Positions 12,471 through 24,350 of a stretch of 64,000 bases of DNA are shown here, in pieces. The DNA comes from Octopus bimaculoides (lineage: Eukaryota). A program made the position numbers and the translations under genes. Numbering within the stretch: the first letter of the stretch is position 1; each line of letters opens with the position of its first letter. The notes under the pieces were generated by a model. That model saw nothing but the letters and a program-made list of their open reading frames with translations. It did no database searches and was not told where the DNA came from. The stretch spans positions 105,776,131-105,840,130 of the forward strand of contig NC_068987.1 of assembly GCF_001194135.2 (NCBI RefSeq), written 5' to 3'.

Positions 12471-13082
12471 TATATATATATATATATATNNNNNNNNNNN
12501 NNNNNNNNNNNNNNNNNNNNNNNNNNNNNNNNNNNNNNNNNNNNNNNNNNNNNNNNNNNNNNNNNNNNNNNNNNNNNNNNNNNNNNNNNNNNNNNNNNNN
12601 NNNNNNNNNNNNNNNNNNNNNNNNNNNNNNNNNNNNNNNNNNNNNNNNNNNNNNNNNNNNNNNNNNNNNNNNNNNNNNNNNNNNNNNNNNNNNNNNNNNN
12701 NNNNNNNNNNNNNNNNNNNNNNNNNNNNNNNNNNNNNNATATATGTATATATATATGTATGTATGTCTAAGAAAATATGTATGTGTGAGCATTTCTTTCA
12801 TAGTTATAGAGTATTTTTCATACATGGAACAAGCTAGTTCTGTAGTAAAGAATCTATGTTTCATCACGGGGACTTGTACAACAAAATGTATGAGTGTTAC
12901 TGTTTGATCATTAGAAAAGACTGCTTACATATTATGTTTCTAAATTACGTTACATTTCGTCTACAAATTCTAGTTTTTCCAGATTGCTGCTAAAACATTT
13001 TCGAACTTATTCAAATTAACAAAGAACTATTGATATAAACGTGAATTAAAATGAAGTAGCTGGAATTTTCGAAGCAGTTGCC

Positions 13083-13128
13083 CATAAGTATTCTTCTCAC
13101 ATAAGTATTCTTCTCACATAAGTATTCT
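13083..13128. repeat. 17-bp tandem repeat, about 2.7 copies
   Basis: CATAAGTATTCTTCTCA repeated head to tail. Confidence 0.9.
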
Positions 13129-13681
13129 AAGAAAAACGCGCTCATTTCTGTCGGGCAGTTAATCTATATGACTATATGACTAGATTATTTTTCTTTTCTG
13201 ACCTAAACAACTATATCGGAACTGTTTTGCTTGAACATGTCGGAATTTTAGATGTGAAGCTTTCATCAATATTTCATATTCTTATATGTTTTTATGCATT
13301 CAATAGCAGAGGATTTGTCAATATTTATCCAAAGCCGTCTTTTCAGCGATTGTACATGTTCTATTTTAAATGTTTTAAGAACAGCATGCAACACTAGGTT
13401 GTAGTATTCAGGGGCCAGTTCCTCAACATGTGCTATACTATCCACAGATGTGTGAAAAATTCAAATAATATCTGTTTCATTTCATGGTTTAAGGGTCGCA
13501 AGTGATTTTTGCTGTTCATTATGAATTTTTGCATCACTCTTCCGTTCGTGAACTACATAAACATAATCTTCGAAATGTGGTGTTATATAATGGTAGTAAG
13601 TTCAAGACAGGCTACAGTTTAAAGAAAATCGTCATCATGAAGAATGCAGGAAACATGCATCTACATAACAATTTTTTTGGC

Positions 13682-13958
13682 ATGAAGTAGTTGTATGCTG
13701 TCAACTTAATGTGATAGTCCCCTGAAGGGAATAATACTACTGTTGGTTAGACCTAGGAAGCTGCACCGCTTCTTGTCGGACTTCACACATTTCCTGTGTC
13801 CTGATGTTTATAAGGTGGAGACAAGCAAGTAAACATAAGGATACAGGAAATGTGTCAAGTCCGACAGGAAGCGGTGCAGTTTCCTAGATCTAACTAACAG
13901 TAGTATTATTCCCTTATGGGGACTGTCACATTAAGTTGACAGCATACAACAACTTTAT
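13682..13958. repeat. Long inverted repeat / fold-back element
   Basis: Arms 13690-13810 and 13830-13950 pair with no indels (position sum 27640); 111 of 121 positions Watson-Crick; about 19-nt spacer; weaker pairing extends to 13682/13958. Confidence 0.95.
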
Positions 13959-15071
13959 CGTATCACTACTGCATAAATCTCTCTCAGAGATTTAGAAATG
14001 TATCATTTCTAAATTTTTTTAGCATGCAGTATATTTTCTTTCTTGTTCTACTTTGAGGCACACTGGTATTGACTGTCTCTCGAGCAGTTCATTAGCAACG
14101 TTATTTTTATGATGTTTTTCTTTTCACTTTCGAGAGATTGGTTGACGTGTTCATTTTTGCTTTGACTTGTTAGCAAATTCTGCTCGAGTTACATCATACA
14201 ATCAAAAATTGTTTGTATTGCTTCTATCCTTTATTATTAGATAGTCCTTATCAATAGCACGGCTTCTGTGGAAGCTTCCAACTGTTTTAGAACCTGACAG
14301 GTGTTAATAAATATGGAGTGGACTTCCTTGATAGACCAATCAATTATTCCAAATATCGGTATCAGTACAGCTACTGCAAGAGCACTATTGGGTATTGTCT
14401 TGTAATAGGAAAGCCTCGACTGTCATGTATGTACGCACACATGAATATCTATCTCTTTAAATCATTTCAATTCTTCCTACTAAGAAAATAAATTGCTAAC
14501 AAACTAAAATAAAATTGCATCGCGGAATTTAGATAACAACAGCGTTAAATAATTATATATCAAGTTTTAGAAAATTCTTGCATCTTAGCTGATCACTTCC
14601 AAACCAAAACACCAACTTCTTCAGAATACCTCTTAGACTGAGCGAAGGCGAGGCTCTGCGCTTAAAATGCTCTCTACACAGCCACATGGTAACTAATGTG
14701 TGTGTATACAAATTGTGCATAGATGTGGGTATCTGATGTCTATACAGGCGCGTCAGCTATGCGTATGTGTACATATATAGACCAGACGCCGACATGCACG
14801 CACTCATACATCTGGTGTACACACACACATACGCGCAAAATCCTATATCCATATATGCATGTGTTTATATGAATATATATATATATATATATATANNNNN
14901 NNNNNNNNNNNNNNNNNNNNNNNNNNNNNNNNNNNNNNNNNNNNNNNNNNNNNNNNNNNNNNNNNNNNNNNNNNNNNNNNNNNNNNNNNNNNNNNNNNNN
15001 NNNNNNNNNNNNNNNNNNNNNNNNNNNNNNNNNNNNNNNNNNNNNNNNNNNNNNNNNNNNNNNNNNNNNNN

Positions 15072-15129
<58 letters not shown>

Positions 15130-15859
15130 GTCCTCACGTGTGTGTACCTAATAATATGTATATATTCGTATATGCATGAGGTAATGCGGACTTCTTAACT
15201 ACATAGTTATGTCTGGGCCTAGGTACAAATATATTTAAAATTTAGAGAGTGAATCTACAAGTTAAAAAGCAGCTTTCCATAATTTTCCCCATTCCCCTTA
15301 GTTGAGAAAGAAATGTCCACATCTGTAGGGTAGCTTACCTCTATAAAAGTGTATATATGTTTTTCTTTTTCATTTTAAGGAATTACATCTGGCCCATTAT
15401 GTTAAAATCTTTCAGAAGTTTTGATGGAAATGTTCTACCAATAAACATTTGTGTTGTAGCATTCGCACGTACTCAACATCAGAAATGTTATCTATTTTTT
15501 ATTCAAGGACACTTTTTTTCCCTGAACGCTCACATTGTATAATATATTAATTGTATCAGCATCGACTTCATGAAGCACTGGACGGTAGTAACTCAATTAC
15601 ACTTGTGGGCAGCTGATGATTGAATGTGACATAATTGACATTTTTCACGTATTTTACGAAGTTTAAGCATAAATGACTCATTTGGTCGATATGCACTTTT
15701 GAGTTATAACCTACTCTTGACTGCAAAAGTTTTACCTCCAAATGCGACGTAATGTTCTCGAGTCCAAAAAAGCCACACTCACTGTCGATATGAGCACCAG
15801 CTTTATGTTTATGGAAGATACGCACGTTTTATATGTAATCTTCTTCTAATCCTTAATCT

Positions 15860-16030
15860 TTTCTTTGTGACATTCATTAGACTATGGACATGCTGGGCCA
15901 CTGTCTTGAAGGATTTTAGTCAACCACATTGACCTCAGTACTTCTTTCCTTTTTAAGCCTGATATTTATTTCGTCGATCTCGTTTGCTGAACCACTAAAT
16001 TAGGAGAACGTAAACACACCAACTCATATA
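15860..16030 (-). mobile_element. SINE family C, degraded 3' half
   Basis: GGACATGCTGGGCCACTGTCTTGAAGG...CGATCTCGTTTGCTGAACCACTAAATTAGGAGAACGTAAACACACCAAC. Confidence 0.65.
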
Positions 16031-16794
16031 ACTAACTTTTAAAACACAGAGGAAGGGAAAGAAAGATGGGTGTGAGGAATACGTAGCTGTAAGGAGAGAG
16101 GGATTCGTGGCTTTTCTGCTGTCCATCACAAAGAAACAATTACACACACACATACATCCATCCATACGTGCATACATACCTGTCTACTACACACCATTTT
16201 AAACTCGTGATTACCTGTACGTTTGTAAATGTGTCTTTGTGTATGAGTGTGTCACACCCTGTAACTGTCTGTCATTCTAATTCTGTAGGGTCTAATTTGT
16301 TGCTGTCGCATATTGTGAAATTTTTAATTTACGTCAAAATGTTAAAATTTGGTATATTGAAATAATTTTCCAGGTTAAATTCGATTTTGTTATTTATTTG
16401 TTCCAGAAAATTGCAGAAAAATGTCACAGAGATTTAAAATTAAATCAATTTTTACCTAATCTGAAAACAGGATTTATAAACTGGCATTTTCTGCATGATA
16501 GCTGTCTATCACAAAATGAAAGCAAAATCATTACGAGGATGAAATTTTATTAATCAAACGAAATCAAAGCATTACGACGATCAAAGTTGTAAGAACTTCT
16601 GAAGTTTTAATAAATTTTAATGAATGAAGTCATGTGAAACGTATGAACAGACATGCAAATAATTTAGAAAGGAAAAATCCTCAACGACGTTTTTAGTGAA
16701 ATATTGCACAAATCTGTCCTGATTGAGAGGCCTATCTTTCGGGAAAGGCATGGTTTGACAAAGAATAAATAAAAATTTATATAAGACATTGCAT

Positions 16795-16828
16795 TGTAAA
16801 AACGGCAACGACGGGTTATTCGGCTAGT
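16795..16828 (+). mobile_element. Possible Helitron-like 3' terminus
   Basis: GGCAACGACGGGTTATTCGGCTAG|T resembles the hairpin-plus-CTAG end of Helitrons; left hairpin arm degenerate; similar GCAACG...GCTAGTA on minus strand near 19923-19953. Confidence 0.3.
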
Positions 16829-17539
16829 ATATATATATATATATATNNNNNNNNNNNNNNNNNNNNNNNNNNNNNNNNNNNNNNNNNNNNNNNNNNNNNN
16901 NNNNNNNNNNNNNNNNNNNNNNNNNNNNNNNNNNNNNNNNNNNNNNNNNNNNNNNNNNNNNNNNNNNNNNNNNNNNNNNNNNNNNNNNNNNNNNNNNNNN
17001 NNNNNNNNNNNNNNNNNNNNNNNNNNNNNNNNNNNNNNNNNNNNNNNNNNNNNNNNNNNNNNNNNNNNNNNNNNNNNNNNNNNNNNNNNNNNNNNNNNNN
17101 NNNNNNNNNNNNNNNNNNNNNNNNNNNNNNNNNNNNNNNNNNNNNNNNNNNNNNNNNNNNNNNNNNNNNNNNNNNNNNNNNNNNNNNNNNNNNNNNNNNN
17201 NNNNNNNNNNNNNNNNNNNNNNNNNNNNNNNNNNNNNNNNNNNNNNNNNNNNNNNNNNNNNNNNNNNNNNNNNNNNNNNNNNNNNNNNNNNNNNNNNNNN
17301 NNNNNNNNNNNNNNNNNNNNNNNNNNNNNNNNNNNNNNNNNNNNNNNNNNNNNNNNNNNNNNNNNNNNNNNNNNNNNNNNNNNNNNNNNNNNNNNNNNNN
17401 NNNNNNNNNNNNNNNNNNNNNNNNNNNNNNNNNNNNNNNNNNNNNNNNNNNNNNNNNNNNNNNNNNNNNNNNNNNNNNNNNNNNNNNNNNNNNNNNNNNN
17501 NNNNNNNNNNNNNNNNNNNNNNNNNNNNNNNNNNNNNNN

Positions 17540-17570
<31 letters not shown>

Positions 17571-17752
17571 ATATATAATGTTTCGGCTCTAATATTAATC
17601 GAGTTACTCTCCCACAATCACTAGTACATACAGGTTATCGGTATCCAATGGTGGGCCATAGCGTATTATATAGCGCATGGCAATAATAGAGAAAAGAACA
17701 TGGCCATAACTTACTAATCTTTTATTTCAGTTGCTACATATGTTTCGTAAAA

Positions 17753-18071
17753 TCGTGTGGCTTAGTGGTTCGGCTATTCGGCATACGATCGTAAGGTCAT
17801 GATTTCAATTCCCAGCGACGCGTTGTGTTCTTGAGCAAGACACTTTATTCAAGTTGCTCCAGTCCATTCAGCAGGCAATAATGAGTAGTACCTGTATTTC
17901 AAAGGGCCAGCCTTGTCACACTCTGTGTCATGCTAAATCTCCCCGAGAACTACGTTAAGGGTAAACGTATCTGTGGAGTGCTCAGTCACTTGGCACGTTA
18001 ATTTCACGAGCAAGCTGTTCCGTTGATCGGATCAACTGGAACCCTCGTCGTCGTAAGCGACGGAGTGCTAG
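17753..18071 (+). mobile_element. Chimeric SINE: family D-like CORE head joined to family B 3' half
   Basis: 5' GTGGCTTAGTGGTT...TTGTGTTCTTGAGCAAGACACTTTATT as in family D; 3' TTCAAAGGGCCAGCCTTGTCACAC...GACGGAGTGC as in family B. Confidence 0.8.
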
Positions 18072-18592
18072 TACATATGTTTTAGTATTTGGCAACATAT
18101 GATATCACACTACAGATACAGCAAGTAGGTGCAGCTTAAACGCAAAAATGCAGCAAACACCTCATCAGACAATCGATAAAGAAGTGCAAGTTAGAGACAA
18201 GCTGTAACACAGCAAGCAAATGCNNNNNNNNNNNNNNNNNNNNNNNNNNNNNNNNNNNNNNNNNNNNNNNNNNNNNNNNNNNNNNNNNNNNNNNNNNNNN
18301 NNNNNNNNNNNNNNNNNNNNNNNNNNNNNNNNNNNNNNNNCCACAAGATGGACTGGTGCTATGCGCATGTACACCCGCATATATGTGAGCGCATATATAT
18401 GTACGTGTGTGCATACGCCCGTATAAAGGTGCGTGTCCATGTACACGCATACTGTGTTGTATATATGTGTGCGTTTGGGCGTCTCCGCGTGTTTGTGTCT
18501 GTGCGTGTGCATGTATGTGCATTTGTATGCACATGTGTATATATGTACGTATAAGTAGGTAGTTTGTTTGAGCATGTGTGTGTCTGTCAGTC

Positions 18593-18594
18593 AC

Positions 18595-18658
<64 letters not shown>

Positions 18659-18686
18659 CCTATCTACCTATCTATCTATCTATCTA
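18593..18686. repeat. (TATC)n microsatellite
   Basis: Direct observation; similar tract at about 33760-33940. Confidence 0.95.
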
Positions 18687-18934
18687 TAAATATGTATATG
18701 TGTATGAATATACATGAATGTGTGTTTGTGTATCTATGTATATATATATTATTCTTATATTTTATGTGTGCGTATGTGTTTTAAAGCTTGCATCTATGTG
18801 AGTGTGTGAGAGTATATATATTTCGTATTGTTGTTACATCCATGTTTATGCTTGTATACTCACACGTGTCTGTACATATGCGTGCACCCGTACTTATTAT
18901 GTCAATATGAATATATAGAAGGTTTACCGATCAT

Positions 18935-18976
18935 AACTGTCCGACGAACGGTAACGTGAAACTCTGAGTTACAGTT
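18935..18976 (+). ncRNA. Type I hammerhead ribozyme motif with U4C substitution
   Basis: AACUGU-CCGACGA-ACG(GUAA)CGU-GAA-ACUC-U-GAGU-U-ACAGUU: 6-bp stem I, 3-bp stem II with GNRA loop, near-palindromic stem III, GUU triplet. Confidence 0.7.
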
Positions 18977-19534
18977 TGTGAAGATATTTGGAGTTTAATA
19001 AAAGTAAATACACGCGCACGCACACACATACACGATATCAGCTATAATCTGTGTATTTATATTTATACATGTATCTGTAAAATACATGGAGTTACGGTGA
19101 TAAATCACCTTAACTTGTGGTTCAACACTGGTATATTTATAAAGTCCCGAAAGATATCTATATCTCGTATATTAAAGATATTGAGATTGCCTGAAAGATT
19201 TATACGTATGTATAGAGTTGAAACTAGAAATATTTTAAAAGTTGTTTTCGAAGCAGTGTAATATTGAAATGCGTGACAACTTTTAATAAACAGAAATCTA
19301 TAGGTTAAAAGAATAAATCTCCATATAGAAAATATTATGAATGAATTACTTAAATAGATCAAATATAATGGATGAATTTACTTCTCAAAATGATGAACAT
19401 TTTAAAATCCTCTGCTAGAATCCACACATCTATTTAAAGCGTAAATGCGTAAATGTGAAATATAGCTTTACCTACATTCAAAGGAAGAATAAAATTTATA
19501 TACATATACATATACAAATAATATATAACATGAA

Positions 19535-19585
<51 letters not shown>

Positions 19586-20171
19586 CATTTACCATATCCA
19601 ATACGTTTTAGCAGTTGTAATTTAAAAGAATATAACATTTTACTAAATTTTATTTATTTACTGGTATATCTGTATTGTCACGAATTCCATCTATTTTAAT
19701 CACATGCTTTATTTGAATTTTCCATATTGTTTTGCAATTTCGTCTTTCTCGCAGATTTTCACTGTTTCACGTGTTACTTAATCTTCACTCCAATTCTATC
19801 ACTTTCAAGACGAGCGGATGCAATAATATATATTTATTATTTTAAGGTATATACTGCTTAAATTATACACCATTAAAGAACTTTTGCTCGTTGAAACATC
19901 ATAAAGGAATTATAATTATTCGATACTAGCAATGCTGTCACACTTTCGTTGCTATATAAAATAAAATAAAATAATAAAAAAGTTGAAATGCGCTACAAAA
20001 GATTAATCATAAATACCATTATAAAAATATACTAAAGTGGTATAGAAAGGAGCATGTAGATTTTAAATAACTAATATGATACTATGATAATGCAAGTTTT
20101 ATTTTCAACACGCCATCCCAAGCAAAATATCTTCTCAAAGAACTACTGAAAAAAGAAAATATAAGATATAC

Positions 20172-20393
20172 GCGCAGGAGTAGCTGCATGGTAAGAAGCC
20201 TGATTCCCAACAACATGGTTCCGGGTTCAGTCCCACTGCATGGCATCTTGTGCAAGCCTCTTTCACTATAGCCTCGGGCCAATTTGGTGGACGAAAACTG
20301 AAAGAAGCCCGTCTTATATATATATATATGTATATATATGTATATATATATCTGAAAAAAGAAAGGACTGACCTAAGGTTTTCAAACATTTTT

Positions 20394-20445
<52 letters not shown>

Positions 20446-20560
20446 CTGTGTATGTCTCCTACCGCCTCTTGACAACCGGTGTTGGTGTGTTTCTGTCCTA
20501 GTAAATTAGTTGTTTGACAAAAAAAAACAAAAAAAACAAACAAGAAAATAAGTACCAGGC
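20172..20560 (+). mobile_element. SINE family C with internal (TA)n(TG)n
   Basis: GCGCAGGAGTAGCTGCATGGTAAG...GGTTCCGGGTTCAGTCCCACTGC...GAAAGAAGCCCGTC-(TA)n...CTTGACAACCGGTGTTGGTG. Confidence 0.8.
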
Positions 20561-20574
20561 TTAAAAAGTAAAAG

Positions 20575-20745
20575 GTATTGCCAGTATTTCATCTGTCTTT
20601 GCCTTCTGAGTTCAAATTCCGCCGAGGTCGATTTTGTCATTCATNNNNNNNNNNNNNNNNNNNNNNNNAGTTGCGTACTGGGGTCAATCTAATCGACTGG
20701 CCTCTCCCCCAAAATTTCGGGCCTTGTGCTTAGAGTAGAAAAGTC
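20575..20745 (+). mobile_element. SINE family A (tail type 1)
   Basis: TTCTGAGTTCAAATTCCGCCGAGGTCG...CTGGGGTCAATCTAATCGACTGGCCTCTCCCCCAAAATTTCGGGCCTTGTGCTTAGAGTAGAAAAG. Confidence 0.85.
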
Positions 20746-21089
20746 TGGTGACTAAATCAAGTAAAAAAAAAAAATAATAAGTGAAATGATATATCTACGT
20801 CGAAATAGATGTGTCGCTAAGATGATTCTTCTTCTTCTTCTTATTTTCTCTTGCAACTATGTTGTTTCGGGTTCAATCCCACAACACTGTAACTTCGGCA
20901 AATTCCTACGGCAATAAACTCGAATTATTTCTGACTTTATAAATGAAATTTGACGGACGAAAGCCGCGCATAACGCTGCCGGAACAGCTTCAATTGGTGC
21001 AATGTGAATCCTCCTCCTTTTTCATTCGACAAGGCATAGGGACGCTGAGTATCAATGGCGTTGCTTAAATCTCCTTAGTCACACGGAAA

Positions 21090-21525
21090 AGAATATTCTT
21101 GTCTACTCTAGGCACACGGTACGAAATTTTGGGAGAGGGGGCCAGTCGATTAGATCGACCCCAGTACGCAACTGGTACTTAATTTATCGACCCCGAAAGG
21201 GATGAAAGGCAAAGTCGACCTCGGCAGAATTTGAACTCAAAACGTAAAGACAGACGGAATACCGATAAGCATTTGCCTGGTGTGCTAACGTTTCTTATTT
21301 CTTTATTGCCCCCTAAACATAGAGGGGACAGGCAAGGACGGACAAAGGGTTTAAGTCGACTACATCGACCCCAGTGCATAACTGGTACTTAATTTATCGA
21401 CCCCGAAAGGGGTGAAAGGCAAAGTCGTCCAAGGTGGAATTTGAACTCAGAACGTAAAGACAGACGAAATACGCATAAGCATCCCCGCCCCCGGCGTGTT
21501 AACGTTTCTGCCAGGTTGCAGCCTT
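21090..21525 (-). mobile_element. Two tandem SINE family A copies (tail type 1 at about 21090-21295, tail type 2 at about 21296-21525)
   Basis: Two consecutive ATCGACCCCAGT..CAACTGGTACTTAATTTATCGACCCCGAAAGG cores with different 3' tails. Confidence 0.9.
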
Positions 21526-21951
21526 ACGGAAAAGAATATTAATTCAGTAATTATTTCTAACACAAGTCCAAGTAGAAAAATTTCAACGGGAAGTTAAGTC
21601 GAATACATCTCTCTTAGTTGCTGGCAGATACTTCATTTTATCCAATTCCGGAAGGTTGGAAACTAGTGTTGACTTCAGTGAAATTTGAACCCCGAGAGTA
21701 AAAGAGCCGCAAGAAACACCGTAAGGCACTTCGACAAAACTCCAGTGTTGCACTTCGATTAAGGAGGAGACTAATTATATTCTCATTGACGCTAAATGTC
21801 AGATGAATCTCTCCTACATTGAAAGTTAACAATTTCACTTGTCTTGACAGTATCTTCCGTTTTCTGTTTCGTCTAGCTTTTCGCTTTATACATTCCATCA
21901 GCCCACGTTTTAATATCTGCCTGTTCATTAATTACTATAGTATGATGGAAT

Positions 21952-22334
21952 GATAGCTCTCCGTCGCTTACGACGTCGAGGGTTCCAGTTGATCCGATCA
22001 ACGGAACAGCCTGCTCGTGAAATTAACGTGCAAGTGGCTGAGCACTCCACAGACACGTGTACCCTTAACGTAGTTCTCGGGGATATTCAGCGTGACACAG
22101 TGTGACAAGGCTGACCCTTTTGCATTACAGGCACAACAGAAACAGGAAGTAAGAGAGAGAGAAAGTTGTGGTGAAAGAGTACAGCAGGGTTCGCCACCAT
22201 TCCCTGCCGGAGCCTCGTGGAGCTTTAGGTGTTTTCGCTCAATAAACACTCACATCGCCCGGTCTGGGAATCGATACCGCGATTCTATGACCCCGAGTCC
22301 GCTGCCCTAACCACTGGGCCATTGCGCCTCCACT
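21952..22334 (-). mobile_element. SINE family B, full-length, 12-bp TSD with one mismatch
   Basis: Complete head-to-tail match to 41043-41434; flanked by GTATGATGGAAT (21940-21951) and GTGTGATGGAAT (22335-22346). Confidence 0.92.
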
Positions 22335-22457
22335 GTGTGATGGAATAGGCAAAGTAGTTCAAGCGATTATGACTTCAAATCCTGTTGTACAGCATTTTTC
22401 TAAGGTCGAATTAATTGACTACTATCTATTAAATTTCTGATATTGTATCAAGTTTGG

Positions 22458-22513
22458 ATATCATTATGATATCATTGGATATCATTATGATATCATTGGA
22501 TATCATTATGATC
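22458..22513. repeat. 21-bp tandem repeat, about 2.5 copies
   Basis: GATATCATTATGATATCATTG repeated. Confidence 0.85.
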
Positions 22514-22527
22514 AGGATGGAAAAGAA

Positions 22528-23400
22528 CGGAAGCCGGCAGAATCGTTGGTACGCTTAGTGGCGTTTCGTCCCGCATTACATCCAGAGTTCGAATTCTGTC
22601 GAAGTTGATTTTGCTTTCGAACTTTCGAGGTCAAGAATATCAGTACCAGTGAAGTACTGGGTCGATGAAATTGACCAGTCCACTCCCCCTAAAATTTCAA
22701 ACCTTGTGCTTTTGTAGAAAGTATTATCAGGGTGGTGGAGGGTGCCATACTTGTACAATTGTTAGATCATTTGGAAACAAAACATTACATGCAGTATTTG
22801 TTCTGACACTTTACGTTCCAAGTTCAAATCCCGCGGTGGTTACTTTTGCTTTTTACCCATCCACGATCGTTTAAAATTATCGTACTGTTGCCGGTAGTAC
22901 TGACTAAATCCTTCCTGCTAAAGATTCCTGGCCTTCTGCTTAAATTAGCAACCCTTATTAAGATGGTGGAAATGTAGAATCGTTTGTGCGTCTAACAAAA
23001 TACTTCGTAGTGTTGCTTTTGTCTCTTTACGTTATCTATTTTGAAATTTCCACAAAGCCAACTTTGCTTTTCATCCGTCCTCGGTCGATGAAATACAGAA
23101 CCAATAACGTTCGGAGATAAATTTATAAATGAATCTCAAACAACCTCTACCACGACTACCAACAACGAATTTCTGATCTTGTACATTTGGACCAAAGATG
23201 GTGCCCTAGGACTTTAGTCTGGTTCAAATTGTACTCTATTCCACCATTTCTTTTCTTTTAGCAAAATGGAAAATAGTTTGTGTAATGTTCTCCAAACTAT
23301 ATGGCGGTGAGCTGGCAAAAACGTTAGCACGCCAGGCGAAATACTTAGCGGTATTTGCGTTCTGAGTTCAAATTCCGCCGATGTCGACTTTGCCTTCAAA
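22528..23400 (+). mobile_element. Cluster of degraded plus-strand SINE family A copies
   Basis: Family A cores at about 22528-22725, 22780-22950, 22965-23110 and 23300-23400 (GAGTTCAAATTCCGCCGATGTCGACTTTGCC). Confidence 0.7.
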
Positions 23401-23536
23401 CTATAGTATACGAAAAAGATAACAAAGTTACATCTAGAATACTGTTGTGACCACGCCTTCTTTTTCTCGAGACTTGGTGTACTTAAGATTGCATTAACCA
23501 GTCTTTTCTTCCGTTTTTGAAGACATTAAGAGAAGG

Positions 23537-23581
23537 AGATTTGATTGCTATTTCTAGCTCGTAGAAATAGCAATCAAATCT
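23537..23581. repeat. Perfect 20-bp inverted repeat with 5-nt loop, inside a dispersed repeat (family E)
   Basis: AGATTTGATTGCTATTTCTA-GCTCG-TAGAAATAGCAATCAAATCT. Confidence 0.95.
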
Positions 23582-23619
23582 TAGCTCGCTTGTTGGATCG
23601 TCTCTGTGGTATCTTTTAT

Positions 23620-23854
23620 ATATTTTATCTTTTACTTGTTTCAGTCATTTGACTACGGCCATGCTAGGGCACCGTCTCGAAGCACTTTTCGATCCTAGGA
23701 CTCATGTTTTTTTAAAGCCTAATATTTATTCGGTCTATTTCTCCGAACCACTAAGTTACGGGGAAGTAAAGAAACCAGAACCGGATGTCAAGCGATTGTG
23801 AAAGACAAACACAGGCGCAAATACGCACACACGTACACATACACACACACACAG

Positions 23855-23916
<62 letters not shown>

Positions 23917-24052
23917 GAGGGTTTTCTTTCAGTTTCTGAAAGGATGAAAGGCAAAGTCGATCTCGGTGGAATTTGAACCAAGAACGTAGCGACTGGCGAA
24001 ATACCGCTAAGCATTTTGTCCGGCATGCTAACGATTCTGCCAGCTCGCTGTC
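23620..24052 (-). mobile_element. Fused SINE C 3' half (about 23620-23940) and SINE A 5' half (about 23941-24052)
   Basis: Family C tail and microsatellite end at CTTTCAGTTTC and run directly into GAAAGGATGAAAGGCAAAGTCG of family A. Confidence 0.75.
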
Positions 24053-24069
24053 TTAATAATAATAAGTAG

Positions 24070-24283
24070 AATGATTTCAAATTTTTGGCACAAGGGTAGA
24101 TTGTGGGGAGATTAAGCCGATTACATCGACCCCAGTGCATAACTGGTACTTATTTAATCGACCCCGAAAAGATGAAAAGCAAAGTTGATCGCGGCGGATT
24201 TTGAACTCAGAACGTAGCGACGGGCGAAATACCGCCAAACATTTCGTCCAGCGTGCTAACGTTTCTGCCAGTTCGCTACCTTC

Positions 24284-24292
<9 letters not shown>
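24070..24292 (-). mobile_element. SINE family A
   Basis: Full core and head GCTAACGTTTCTGCCAGTTCGCTACC; followed by (AAT)n. Confidence 0.85.

Positions 24293-24350
<58 letters not shown>

Noticed and set aside
13083-13128. Short direct repeats (also 22458-22513 and 11940-11990) considered as CRISPR-like
   Set aside because: Head-to-tail with no unique spacers, in a eukaryotic context; simple slippage duplications.
15335-15345. Isolated strong minus-strand donors (also near 38305, 52735, 53490)
   Set aside because: All frames upstream to plausible acceptors contain stops, or the context is repeat-derived.
21998-22310. ORF MFIERKHLKLHEAPAG..., also at 9069
   Set aside because: Lies wholly inside SINE family B; the recurrence reflects the repeat, not a gene family.
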